Made by a program: the position numbers and the translations under genes
The notes under the pieces: generated by a model
The model's input: only the letters and a program-made list of their open reading frames with translations
What the model was told of the DNA's origin: nothing
Database searches by the model: none
Shown: positions 43,512-55,492 of the stretch, piece after piece
Position numbering within the stretch: position 1 is the stretch's first letter
Layout of the letters: each line of letters starts with the position of its first letter
DNA from: Octopus sinensis
Lineage: Eukaryota
Assembly: GCF_006345805.1 (NCBI RefSeq)
Contig: NC_043004.1
Coordinates: 8,060,001 to 8,124,000 of the forward strand
Length of the DNA stretch: 64,000 nucleotides
Reading direction: 5' to 3'

Positions 43512-43513
<2 letters not shown>
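42714..43513 (+). mobile_element. R4/Dong-like LINE 3' fragment with UTR
   Basis: C.C..ETIDHAVSKC, RHD, NRPDII..LLIDMTVP, KLIRYKDLEIEI, PVVIGALG. The ORF ends at 43315. (AAT)n lies on both sides. Confidence 0.9.
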
Positions 43514-43579
<66 letters not shown>

Positions 43580-43587
43580 TAATAGTG

Positions 43588-43895
43588 ATAACAATACATC
43601 CCTCTTAAGTACGAAATAGCCCAGCCATGGAAAATGAAGAAGGTGAACATAGTACCAATTATTGTTGGGTCCTTGAGAACAGTATCACAAGGCACCAAGA
43701 GGAATATGAAGGAAATTGGAATAGAGCGCCCAGTAGAACTGTTACAAAAGATTTGCCATCTTGGCACGGTTAGAATAATCAGAAAAGTATTAGAGAGCTG
43801 AAAAGAATGGATAGCATGGTACCGTAGGCTGTAGGTAGCAAGTCTGTTATGCATGCAAGACTCCAGGAGTTCTAACAAAATACGTGATAAAGAGA
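43588..43895 (+). mobile_element. R4-like LINE extreme 3' fragment
   Basis: LKYEIAQPWKMKKVNIVPIIVGSL...LLQKICHLGTVRIIRKVL. Confidence 0.8.
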
Positions 43896-43932
<37 letters not shown>

Positions 43933-43956
43933 ACTACTACTACTACTACTACCACC

Positions 43957-44014
<58 letters not shown>

Positions 44015-44124
44015 ATAATAATAATAATTGTTGAAACATACAAAAAAGGCTGTCGTCAACAAAATGAAAATTGTGTTATGAAAGAAAAATTTAAACAAGA
44101 AATTAACAAACACACACACACACA

Positions 44125-44917
44125 AAAAGAAAAAGCATGGAAAGAAAAAATGTACAGTCAGTTTGCAAGAGATGTGAACACGAAGACAGATACAGGTGGC
44201 TATGGATGAGGATGAGTGTCCTGAAGATAGAGACAGAAGCACTCATATGCGCAGCTGAAGAACAAGCATTAAGGATCAACTATATGACGTGCAAAATAGA
44301 CAACACTACCGACAGCGACAAATGTAGAATGTGTGGTGAGAGGGGTGAGACGATATGGCACATCGTTAGCGAAATGCCCGACATTGGCACAACGCGATAA
44401 CAAAAGGCGCCATGAAAATATGGCAAGAATGATCCATTGGCAGCTCTGTGGAAATCACGGTGTACCAAGAGCAAATACGTGGTATGAGAAAACTCCAGAA
44501 TCACCGAAAATGAGAATTGCTTAAATTCTGTGGGATGTAATGATCCAATGCGATCACTTGATCAGACATCGGAAACCGGACATTGTTGTGGTGAATAATA
44601 AAGAAAAAAGATGCATGATAATCGACATAGCCTACCCTGGTGACAACAGGATCAATGTGAAAGAGGAAGAAAAAAATAGGCAACCATGATGATTTGAAGT
44701 GGGAAAAACGAAGGTTGTGGTCAATGAGGAGCGTAGACATCATACCAACAGTAATTGGTGCACTTGGATGTATCAGCACTCGGTTATCAATATGGCTAAA
44801 AAAGATTGGCGCATGTGTGAAGGTAGAACTCTGACAAAAATCAGCCTTGCTTGTAACTGCAAGAATTCTTCGCAGAGTTTTTGAAGCGTGACCAGTAAAA
44901 AAGAGTCACTTAGTCAC

Positions 44918-44920
<3 letters not shown>
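44125..44920 (+). mobile_element. R4-like LINE 3' fragment
   Basis: LKIETEALICAAEEQAL..DKCRMCGE.GETIWHI, RKPDIVVV..IIDIAYPGD, VIGALG, followed by (AAT)n. Confidence 0.88.
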
Positions 44921-44953
<33 letters not shown>

Positions 44954-45261
44954 GTTTCAAATTTTCCCACATGGGTAGCCATTTTTGGGGGAATTAAGTC
45001 GATCACATCGACCCCATGGTCAGCTGGTACTTATTTTACCGATTTCGGCGGAATTTCAACTCAGAACGTAGCTGCCGTTGAAACATCGCTTAGCATTTCG
45101 CTCGGCGTGCTGATAAATGTTTCTAAGTTCGGTGCAAGGCCAGCAATTTAGAGGTAGAAAGGGAAAAGTAAATACTGGCCTAAAAAAACGTCTTCTCTCG
45201 AAGTTTATAAATTCTTATGATGTCAACAATACGTAAATATATCTAACTAGTATGTATGTGT

Positions 45262-45300
<39 letters not shown>

Positions 45301-45431
45301 CGTAACCGCGTGTGTATCGTTGGCGATTTTTTCCTCCTTCTTCCCTTCCTTCCTGAGCGTCCAATAACACTATACTTGTTCCACGTCCTCATGTTGTGTT
45401 TTTCTTTGTGTTTTCATGTTTGGATTAACTT

Positions 45432-45463
<32 letters not shown>

Positions 45464-45486
45464 ATATTATATATATATATACTCTC

Positions 45487-45871
45487 TTTTACTCTTTTAC
45501 TTGTTTCAGTCATTTGACTGCGGCCATGCTGGAGTACCGCCTTTAGTCGAGCAAATCGACCCCAGTACTTATTCTATCGGTCTCTTTTTGCCGAACCGCT
45601 AAGTGACGGGGACGTAAACACACCAGCATCGGTTGTCAAGCAATGCTAGGGAGACAAACACAGACACACAAACATATACACACACACTTATATATATATA
45701 CATATATACGACAGGCTTCTTTCAGTTTCCGTCTACCAAATCCACTCACAAGGCATTGGTCGGCCCGGGGCTATAGCAGAAGACACTTGCCCAAGATGCC
45801 ACGCAGTGGGACTGAACCCGGAACCATGTGGTTGGTTAGCAAGCTACTTACCACACAGCCACTCCTGCGCC
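45487..45871 (-). mobile_element. SINE family B, full-length
   Basis: Close reverse-complement match to 29919-30346. Confidence 0.9.
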
Positions 45872-45894
45872 TATATATATATATATATATATAT

Positions 45895-46082
45895 AAAGGG
45901 AAAGTTTACGAAAATAAAGAAAAGACGAAGGCAGGTGGTGTACAAACAAACAGATGTATTAGTATAGAAATATGAATAGAAAAAGTCTTTTACGTTTCGA
46001 GCCTACGCTCTTCTATAGAAAGATACACAAAAAAAACAAGGAGAGAAAAAAATGTGTGTAGTAGCTAACGATCTATCATGGC
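45895..46082 (-). mobile_element. Solo PLE pLTR relic with degenerate minimal hammerhead
   Basis: Homologous to 16240-16430 and adjacent to (TA)n. Confidence 0.7.
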
Positions 46083-46479
46083 GTCTTCGGTAATACCCGG
46101 GAGCAGGGATATTCCCGGTACTTAATTTCTCTCTGACGAAAAGTGAAATCAAGACAGATAACAGAAGGCGTAAGCAAATTCATTCATGAAACAATAATAC
46201 AAATACATACGTGTGGAATCGGAAAATGATAATCGTTTGGTCAGATGAGTGGAAAGCTGCAAATATAAAATCAATGGAAACATCAAGAATGGAATTGAGA
46301 AAAAAAGAGCATGAAAGTTTGAAAAGTAAACAAAAATTATTTACAGAAAAGGCACTTAATTTGATGACTGTGTTTCATGGGTATAGTTCCACTGATCGTG
46401 AGAACCAAATATCGATTACAACAGTTAGAACCGACAATTTTAAGTGCGGTGTTAATAAAATATATGTTACATGTTTTAG

Positions 46480-46970
46480 CACACAACGTTGCAACATTTA
46501 AAATCGATGCAGGTGTTAAGAAAATACGTTACAACAACCTGAGAAGGATGAAATAATTGATGAACATTTTATCTTCACAACAATTTAGGCCAAATTTCAT
46601 TAATCAGTTAATCAAAAATCCTCTTACGCTTTGCTTGAGTGGCCTAGTCTTAACCCATCCTTAACGCATATTCCATCTGTGTATAGAATTTCAAGAAAAT
46701 CGGTTGAAAACTTAAAAAGTTATGGCAGAAAATAACATTCATATGAGAATTTGCAGTGAAATGTCCTATCAATTTTTGAAAAATCGATGCTGATTAAAAA
46801 TGATTGATATTTTTTTGAAATCCCAAGTGCATAAATGACCGAATGTGTATAAGCCCCACGCACTTGTGAAGTTTCATCAAGATCGGTTACATAGTCTGGG
46901 AAGTGTTAAAGTAACAAATTCAGAAACACCACCACACACAGACAAACAGACGGAAATTGCCATTTATGTA
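46480..46970 (+). mobile_element. Possible Helitron/Helentron-derived non-autonomous repeat
   Basis: AAGTTTCATCAAGATCGG...ACAGACAAACAGACGG...TTTATGTATATA resembles DINE-1/Lep1-like ends. Motif resemblance only. Confidence 0.35.
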
Positions 46971-47295
46971 TATATATGTATGTATGTGTATATATATATA
47001 TATATATATATTATATAATTAATTAATAAGGTGAGAGAATTAGATACTAATTTAATAGTATATCTATTCTACACCAAGTGGCCTAGTGCTCCGAGAAACC
47101 TGGATTATTATAATATTTTATAATATATTATAATATTTTACAAAATAAATATAAGAGAGTGGTCACTATATGGCTCACTCTAGCACCAGTTAATCCAAAA
47201 GGTTTCAACCACAAAAATACATGTTTCCATGAAAGTCAGTACGATTGTTAGCTCACACGGACAGGGCAAATAAAAAATAACAAAAATACAGATTA

Positions 47296-47378
47296 TTTTG
47301 GGACAATTGTTTCGCTATTAATGAATTAAATGTAATTTTACTTACAAAAAAAATCCACTTGTAGCTCCTCAGCCAAAA
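47296..47378 (-). ncRNA. Type I hammerhead ribozyme, copy 1
   Basis: Reverse complement of TTTTGG-CTGAGGA-GCTA...TAGC-GAAAC-AATT-GTC-CCAAAA. Confidence 0.88.
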
Positions 47379-47730
47379 CTATCTGGATGAAATCCACTCA
47401 ATCACACGCCAGATTTTACCATAATGATAAATACGCGTGTGGTTCAATTGATTACATCCGACGTTATAATTCAAATGCCCCAACTAACAGCGCGCCAAAT
47501 TTTCACGGAAAACAAATACAGCATTTAGAAATAAATGCAGCATAATTATAATTAATTAATAAGGGTGAGAGAATTAGATACTAATTTAATAGTATATCTA
47601 TTCTACACCAAGTGGCCTAGTGCTCCTAGTGCATTTGAATTATAACGTCGGATGTAATCAATTGAACCACACGCGTATTTATCATTATGGTAAAATCTGG
47701 CGTGTGATTGAGTGGATTTCATCCAGATAG

Positions 47731-47812
47731 TTTTGGCTGAGGAGCTACAAGTGAATTTTTTTGTAAGTAAAATTACATTTAATTCATTAATAGCGAAACA
47801 ATTGTCCCAAAA
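47731..47812 (+). ncRNA. Type I hammerhead ribozyme, copy 2 (predicted cleavage after 47806)
   Basis: TTTTGG-CTGAGGA-GCTA...TAGC-GAAAC-AATT-GTC-CCAAAA, with all core nucleotides present. Confidence 0.9.
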
Positions 47813-48264
47813 TAATCTGTATTTTTGTTATTTTTTATTTGCCCTGTCCGTGTGAGCTAACAATTGTACTGACTTTCATGGGAAACATGTATTTTTGTGG
47901 TTGAAACCTTTTGGATTAACTGGTGCTAGAGTGAGCCATATAGTGACCACTCTCTTATATTTATTTTGTAAAAATATTATAATATATTATAAAATATTAT
48001 AATAATCCAGGTTTCTCGGAGCACTAGGCCACTTGGTGTAGAATAGATATACTATTAAATAGTATCTAATTCTCTCACCCTTATTAATTAATTATAATTA
48101 TGCTGCATTTATTTCTAAATGCTGTATTTGTTTTCCGTGAAAATTTGGCGCGCTGTTAGTTGGGGCATTTGAATTATAACGTCGGATGTAATCAATTGAA
48201 CCACACGCGTATTTATCATTATGGTAAAATCTGGCGTGTGATTGAGTGGATTTCATCCAGATAG

Positions 48265-48349
48265 TTTTGGCTGAGGAGCTACAAGTGGATTTTTTTTTTG
48301 TAAGTAAAATTACATTTAATTCATTAATAGCGAAACAATTGTCCCAAAA
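48265..48349 (+). ncRNA. Type I hammerhead ribozyme, copy 3 (predicted cleavage after 48343)
   Basis: Same motif, 537 nt downstream of copy 2. Confidence 0.9.
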
Positions 48350-48498
48350 TAATCTGTATTTTTGTTATTTTTTATTTGCCCTGTCCGTGTGAGCTAACAA
48401 TCGTACTGACTTTCATGGGAAACATGTATTTTTGTGGTTGAAACCTTTTGGATTAACTGGTGCTAGAGTGAACCATATAGTGACCACTCTCTTATATT

Positions 48499-48554
<56 letters not shown>

Positions 48555-48646
48555 GTATAGCTGTGTGTGTGTGCGTGTGCGAACACAAGCGTGCCTACAA
48601 ACACACACATTCACACACACAGGCAAATATATAGATATATGTATCT

Positions 48647-49021
48647 TTTATCTTTTAGCTGCTTCAGTCACTAGATAGCGGCCATGCTGGAGCACCGACT
48701 TGAAGAATTTTAGTCGAATGAATGGATCCTCGTACTTATTTAGCTTAGAGTCTGGTACTTATTTCATCGGGATCTTTAGACGAACCGCTAAGTTATGGTG
48801 ACGTGAACACATCACCACCGGTTGCCGACTGGTGGTAGACAAATACATACACACACACATACACGATAGGCTTCTTTCAGTTTCCGTTTACCAAATCCAC
48901 TCGCAGGCTTTGGTCAGCCTAAAACTATAATAGAAGACACTTACCCAAGGTGCCACGGTGGGGAGCAGAACCCAGAGCCATGTGATTAAGAAGGAAACTT
49001 CTTACCAACTAGCCACGCCTG
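48647..49021 (-). mobile_element. SINE family B, diverged
   Basis: Reverse-complement match to family B. Confidence 0.8.
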
Positions 49022-49038
49022 CATGTACATATACATAC

Positions 49039-49081
<43 letters not shown>

Positions 49082-49172
49082 ATATATATATTATATATGT
49101 ATGTAGATATATATATACACACATACACACATGCACTCACACACATGTGTGTATGCATGCGTGCGTGAGCAA

Positions 49173-49227
<55 letters not shown>

Positions 49228-49567
49228 AGTGTGTGTGTATGTATATGTATGAATATGTGACTGTACCCAGTATGATAGCAAACAGTGGAAATTATGTAAG
49301 CCTATGCAATGTTTATATTAACATGCTCCATACACATTTAATCTTGCTGAAATATAATAATATTTATGTTATGGCACTAAAGATGTTTGGTAACCCTTTG
49401 CCTAACAAATTCTCTTACCATTCCAGAAGCCTCTTGGTTCCTTCAGTAGGACAAAATATTGCTTACGAATGAATTTTCAGAGTCGACATTATGAATATTC
49501 TATAAATGAAGAGTTTCTACTAAATAAAAAACAAAACAAAACAATACGCTGATCTCCCTCCTCCGTC

Positions 49568-49680
<113 letters not shown>

Positions 49681-49705
49681 ATATATCTATTTACCTATCT
49701 ATCTC

Positions 49706-49833
49706 TTTTTTTCCCCGATCCCTTTTGATCGGAATTTAATTTTTCTTCTTTTTTTTCTATTTTCGAAAAGAAAAAAGCTCTACATTACATTTTGTCTCTT
49801 CTGTGTTCAGCCCTGTATGACCAAGAAAGATGC
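49706..49833 (+). mobile_element. Tx1 family B, extreme 3' UTR fragment within (TATC)n
   Basis: Matches 57548-57690 (CCCGATCCCTTTTGATCGGAATTT...AAGCTCTAC...CTGTGTTCAGCCCTGT). Confidence 0.8.
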
Positions 49834-49834
49834 A

Positions 49835-49942
<108 letters not shown>

Positions 49943-50686
49943 GTCAATATTGTCACGCCTCCTTCCTTCAAACGGGAAGGAAGAGCTATTTTCATCATCC
50001 TTGTGGCTATGGCGAAAGAATGTATCTGGTGGACGCGTCTGAGAGGATTGGAGACAAACACTTTCCTCTCTGGTCAATCTCTCATCAACTTCTTCAAGTA
50101 CCACTTGAAAAGGAAAGTGAGAGTAGAGAGGCAAGTTTTGTCTAGCGAATGTTTTAAAAAAAGATGGGTGAATGTAGCAAGGATGGCACGTATGAATGAC
50201 GAATGAGCATAATCCTATGAACCCAGAAATTGAAAACAGAGGGTTACCCACTTGCAAACAAATGTGGTAACATATAACAATATTGACCAAGGTTACCGTG
50301 GTCTTTTTCGTAGGCTTTTCTTCCCACGGATAAACCTTACTTGCTTTCCCCTTTACACCATATATCATAACACTGTGATACACGATCCCTATTGATCGTT
50401 TTTTTTCCTCTTCCCCTTTTTTCCCCTTTTTCTTCTTTTTTCATTTCTCTTTTCTCTTGTTCCTTTTCCTTTTCCTTTTTTTTCTTTTTATTCTTTTTAT
50501 TTTTTTATTCATTTATTTACTTTTTTTGTTCTTTTCTTCCCTTTTACGATCCCTCTTGATCGAAAACCTACGCCACCCCCCCCTTATTTATTTATTTTTT
50601 TGTTTTCTTCATCCCCCAAAAGAAAAGCTCTACCTTGTAACTTGTCCCATCTGTGTGCAGCCCTGTGTGGCCAATAAAGAAACTTA
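49943..50686 (+). mobile_element. Tx1 family B, 5'-truncated copy within (TATC)n
   Basis: VAMAKECIWWTRL..LINFFKYHLKRKVRVER..KRW, homologous to the ORF2 C-terminus at 21271-21530. Ends CAATAAAGAAACT-(TATC)n. Confidence 0.88.
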
Positions 50687-51016
50687 TCTATCTATCTATC
50701 TATTGTCTGTCTGTATATACATTTATTCTTGGCGTTTTTCATATCGTCCCCAAAGAGATATATGATGGTGAGCCTGAATAGAATTTGAACTCAAATTACA
50801 GGGCAATCCATTTAGTTTATAATACCTATCACTGTACCACTACATTCCAACATTGGAAACATTGAAACTACTTCACATCTTCCATTACATTACTACCAAA
50901 AATTGCATTACACCTCCCTCGCACACACACACCCGTGCGCACACACCCATACACCCACACGCACACATACGAGCACTTGCAACGTACACATGCTTACTTG
51001 ATAGTCCCCACACACT

Positions 51017-51050
<34 letters not shown>

Positions 51051-51267
51051 CAGGCAAACATATACACATGTATACACTCACACACACACACAGAGGCACA
51101 CACACACACACACGCAGAGAGGCACAAATGTATGTTTTCGTACTTCAAGGCAATCAGCTTTCAAAGTTTAACTGATAACCTGAAAACTGTGTGACATCAC
51201 CAACACCACCAGCACCACCACCTCAACCCCCATCATCATCATCATCATCATCACGACCACGACCACG

Positions 51268-51299
<32 letters not shown>

Positions 51300-51634
51300 C
51301 AGCAGCAGCCGCGGTGACCAGAACAGTCGGTAAAACTATCAGCCATAATTAATTGAAGATAAACAAAGCCGTCAACCGTGACGGAGCGGTAATGTTTGTC
51401 ATTGAAGCGCTTCATTAGTTCAGTGAAGCACGAACTTTTGCATCCGAAACGATTTTCAGTTGATTTGTTGGATGTGTTTTGTGTCAAGTGTCAGCAAGTC
51501 ACGTGTCTGTCATCAGAATCTTGTTAGTGTGGCTGAAGATGCTTTTGGTTTAGCCTTTCATTAAGAATAGATTTAGAACTGATTAAGATAATAGCAAGAA
51601 GAATACATAAGCGAGAGAGAGAGTGTGAGAGAGA

Positions 51635-51743
<109 letters not shown>

Positions 51744-51779
51744 GAATGAAGAGAGAGATGTTGTGAGGAAACATCAAGC

Positions 51780-52370
51780 AGTGAGCTGGCAGAAACGTTA
51801 GCACACCGGGCGAAATGCGTAGCCGTATTTCGTCTGCCGTTGCGTTCTGAGTTCAAATTTCGCCGAGGTCGACTTTGCCTTTCATCCTTTCGGGGTCGAT
51901 AAATTAAGTACCAGTTACGCACTGGGGTCGATATAATCGACTTCATCCGTTTGTCTGTCCTTGTTTGTCCTTTCTGTGTTTAGCCCCTTGTGGGTAGTAA
52001 AGAAATAGATATTTTGTCTGCCGCTACGTTCTGAGTTCAATTTCCGCCGAGGTCGACTTTGCCTTTCATCATTTCGGGGTCGATTAAATAAGTACCAGTT
52101 ACGCACTAGGGTCGATATAATCGACTTAATGAGTTTATCTGTCCTTGTTTGTCCTCTCTCTGTTTAGCCCCCTTGTGGGTAGTAAAGAAATAGAAATAGG
52201 TATTTCGTCTGCTGTTACGCTCTGGGTTCAAATTCCGCCGAGGTCGACTTTGCCGTTCATCCTTTCGGGGGTCGATATATTAAGTACCTGTTGCGTACTG
52301 GGTCGATCTATTCGACTGGTCCCCACCCCACAAAAACTTTCGAGCCTTGTGCCTAGAGTAGAAAAGAATT
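51780..52370 (+). mobile_element. SINE family A triple array (tail A, tail A, tail B)
   Basis: Three cores; units 2 and 3 start at (G)TATTT(C/T)GTCTGC inside the head. Confidence 0.9.
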
Positions 52371-52727
52371 TAGTTCTCAATATGTTTGCCTGTTGCTTTT
52401 GCCTTGTTTTGTAATGAAACTCAACGTTTGGAACTTTGGGGTTGTGAGATAAATTCGTCCGTTTTTGTCCTACTTGCATCATCATATATCCGAAAAAAGA
52501 CAAAATTCACTGCAATTTTCTAAAACATAAACAAAAGTTGTAAAGGAAAACTGGGGCTTCCAAACAACCATGAAACACTTCGACCAAAAATACTTTTATT
52601 GTTAATTCATACAATTCATAAAAAAGCAAAATACGAACGAAATTACTTAACAATGAAACTCTTGATATCATTGCTGGAGGCAAAGCGATTATACTCTTTT
52701 ACAGGCACATTGCTACTAAAGTGGGTC

Positions 52728-53030
52728 TTCGTCGGTGACGACGATGAGTGTTCCAGTTGATACGATCGTGAAATTAACGTGCAAGTGGTTGAGATTCCGC
52801 AGACACTTCCATATCTTGAACGTTGTTCTCTGGGAGATTCAGCAAAAAACAGAATGTGACAAGGCTGGCCTCCTTTGAATTACAGGTACAACTCAGTTTT
52901 GCCAGCTGAGTGGACTAGAGCAACGTAAAACAAAGTCCCTTGCTCAAGAAACACAACGCGTTGCTGAGAATTGAACACACGACCTTACGATCATGAGCCG
53001 AATATCGTATCTACAAACCAGCGCCCCCTC
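52728..53030 (-). mobile_element. SINE family C, diverged
   Basis: CGTGAAATTAACGTG and GTGACAAGGCTGGCC..TTTGAATTACAGGTACAAC match 6590-6770. Confidence 0.75.
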
Positions 53031-53269
53031 ACTGCATGACTGCATACAGAACTAATAATGCAGCAACACAATTCTCCTCACAACCTCTCGTTCTTGTTTA
53101 AATATACAAAGCTGCAGAGACATTCACATCGCACCCACAGTCATACGCAACTACACACAAACACTCACACACATAAAACTATACATTGAAAGATCTCATA
53201 CACAAGCATACACACATGTGTGATCCGCTACAAATTGAAAATTGAAGAATCATCTGCAGGAAAAATGTT

Positions 53270-53700
53270 TATTCCTCACACACCATCAAAGTCATGGAAC
53301 AAATAGTCCGAGGGAAACTAATTGAATTCCTTGAAGAGAATGACTTGCTGACTGACATCCAGCATGGTTTTCCACCAGTTAGAACCTGCCTCGTACAGCT
53401 CTTACAGCACTATGACTGGGTGTCAAAGCAGCTGTTCAACACAACAACTCAAATGTGGACGTAATATATCTCGACTTCGCAAAAGGCTTTGATAAAGTCG
53501 ACCATGGGATGATACGTCATAAGCTGCGTGACTCGGAAAACTTCCTAAAAGATTACACGACTTTCTAAAAGATGGAAACCAGGTTGTAGTGGCCAACGGG
53601 GTACCTCCAAGGAAACGCAAATAATGAGTGATGTCCCACAGGGCAATGTCTTGGGGGCCACTAATATTCATAGTGGCCCTCTCACATATGCCCTCAGCTA
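53270..53700 (+). pseudogene. CR1-like LINE reverse transcriptase fragment
   Basis: KVMEQIVR..QHGF..TCL.QLL, VDVIYLDFAK..DKVDH, VPQGNVLG. Confidence 0.8.
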
Positions 53701-54183
53701 CTTCGTCCCCGAAAAAGGCAAGAGCACGTACGCAACAAAAACGATGATGAGGTTTAATAACGCCGAATTATGTACGGAGTTGTCATCAAACTGCCAAAGA
53801 CCGAACTTCCCAATGCATTATTTCATTCATCTTTGGTTCATTTGAGAATTCTTACTATTGCACCATTTAAAAGTAATTCCTGTTGATGCTAATGAAACTT
53901 CTCATACGGTTTAACAAATAATGTAGCTCTACTTTATATATGTAATATATGTATAATTATGTATACACATACACACGGGTGTGTGTGTATGCATATATTT
54001 ATGTATCAATGAGAACGAAATATTACTATCTACGGCTACAAGAAATTTTAATAAAAGAATTATATGGAAGTATATGTATGCACTTTTCACTCATTGATAA
54101 TGATTTCTCAACAAGAGAAGAATAAGCTTAGAAGCGATTATCTCTCCTTAAGTAGCAATCCCAGTGATTTCCCAAAGCATATA

Positions 54184-55398
54184 CAGGGGTTGAACAAAAT
54201 AATGGAAACACCTAGCATCATAGCATCATAATTTTGAAATATCTATGAAACCGTTAAAAGCTTGTTTATTTTTATGTTTTTTGATTTATTATTAGTGTTC
54301 CTTAATATGATTTGCTAAAATTGTTGTTTCTTTTCAGATATGATCAGAAAAAGGTAATTAAAATTCATTAAAATGACAGATCTATCGGACTTTCAAAGAG
54401 GTCAAATTGTTGGTGCTCGTATGGCAGGTGCTAGCGTAACGAAAACAGCCGAAATGTTTGGTATATCAAGAACAACTGTCTAGAAAGTAATGACAACCTT
54501 TGCGAGGGAAAAACCTCCTCGTCGAAACAAAACTTCGGAAGAAACCAAAACTTTCACGTAAGACGGTGTCTTACGTGAAAGTACAGCTCCACAAATTACC
54601 GCAGAGCTTAATGACTACCTCGAGAACCCATTTCCACAAAAACTGTTCACTGGGAGCTGCACAAAGCCGGATTTCACTGGAGAGCTGCAATCAGAAAACC
54701 ACTCCTTTCAAAAACAAATGTTGCAAAGCATTTAAAGTGGAGTAAAAACCTACAGAATTGGTTTTTAGAGCGGAGGAAGAATGCTATTTTCTCGGACGAG
54801 TCATCCTTTACCTTATTTCCGACCACCGGCCGTGTATACGTGTGAAGACAGCCAAAAGAAGCATTTCACCCAGACTGCCTTCTTCTAAGTGTTAAACATT
54901 GAGAATGATCTGTGATGATCTAGGGGGCTATATCTTTGAAATCCGCCGGCCCAATGGTTTCTCTTCGCGGCAGAATTAATAGTCAAGACTATTTAAGCAT
55001 TTTATCTGATCAAAGTCATCCGGAGGGAAAAGCAACCTTTCAGGATGATGAAGCGCTAATTCACACAGCTAAAGTTGTTACTGAATGGCACGAGGAACAT
55101 TCTAGTGAAGTTGAAGATCTTATCTGGCCACCACAGTCCCCAAATCTCAATATTATTGAACATTTATGGTGCATTTTAGAAAAACAAGTAAGGAGTTGAT
55201 ATCCTCCAGCATCTTCTTTACAAGAACTGGAGACTGTTTTAGCTGAAGAATAGACAAAATTCCTTGGAAACAATTCAAACTTTGTACGAGTCCATATCTC
55301 ATAGAATTCAAGCTGTAATTACAGCCAAAGGCGGTACTATCATCATAATATAAATTTGTTTGAAATTTTAAGGTGTTTCCTTATTTTGTCCACCCCTA
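54184..55398 (+). mobile_element. Full-length decayed Tc1 (DD34E) transposon
   Basis: TIR CAGGGGTTGAACAAAATAATGGAAACACCT with its inverted copy at 55371-55398 and TA flanks. Transposase pieces MTDLSDFQRGQIVGAR, FSDES, FQDD and WPPQSPNLNIIEHLW, interrupted by stops. Confidence 0.92.
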
Positions 55399-55445
55399 TA
55401 TTATATGTGTATATCCCCCCCATATATATATATAATATATATATA

Positions 55446-55492
<47 letters not shown>

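Larger units (their letters stand above)
47013..48505. mobile_element. Hammerhead-bearing 537-bp tandem and inverted repeat (retrozyme-like / non-autonomous PLE) in (TA)n
   Basis: Sense arm 47630-48505 (~1.6 units) and antisense arm 47013-47625 (~1.15 units). Three hammerheads, no ORF in the track. Confidence 0.88.

Noticed and set aside
47013-48505. Pure sequencing fold-back artefact
   Set aside because: The arms are phase-offset and differ by substitutions (CAATTGTAC vs CAATCGTAC; GAGCC vs GAACC). Read-level confirmation is still advisable.
51310-51530. Unique islands (also 40730-41030 and 32640-32810) as enhancers or exons
   Set aside because: No ORF, splice or motif evidence from the sequence alone; cross-species alignment would be needed.
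51780-52370. CRISPR-like repeat-spacer array
   Set aside because: The units are ~170-230-bp SINE copies in a eukaryotic context with no cas genes.
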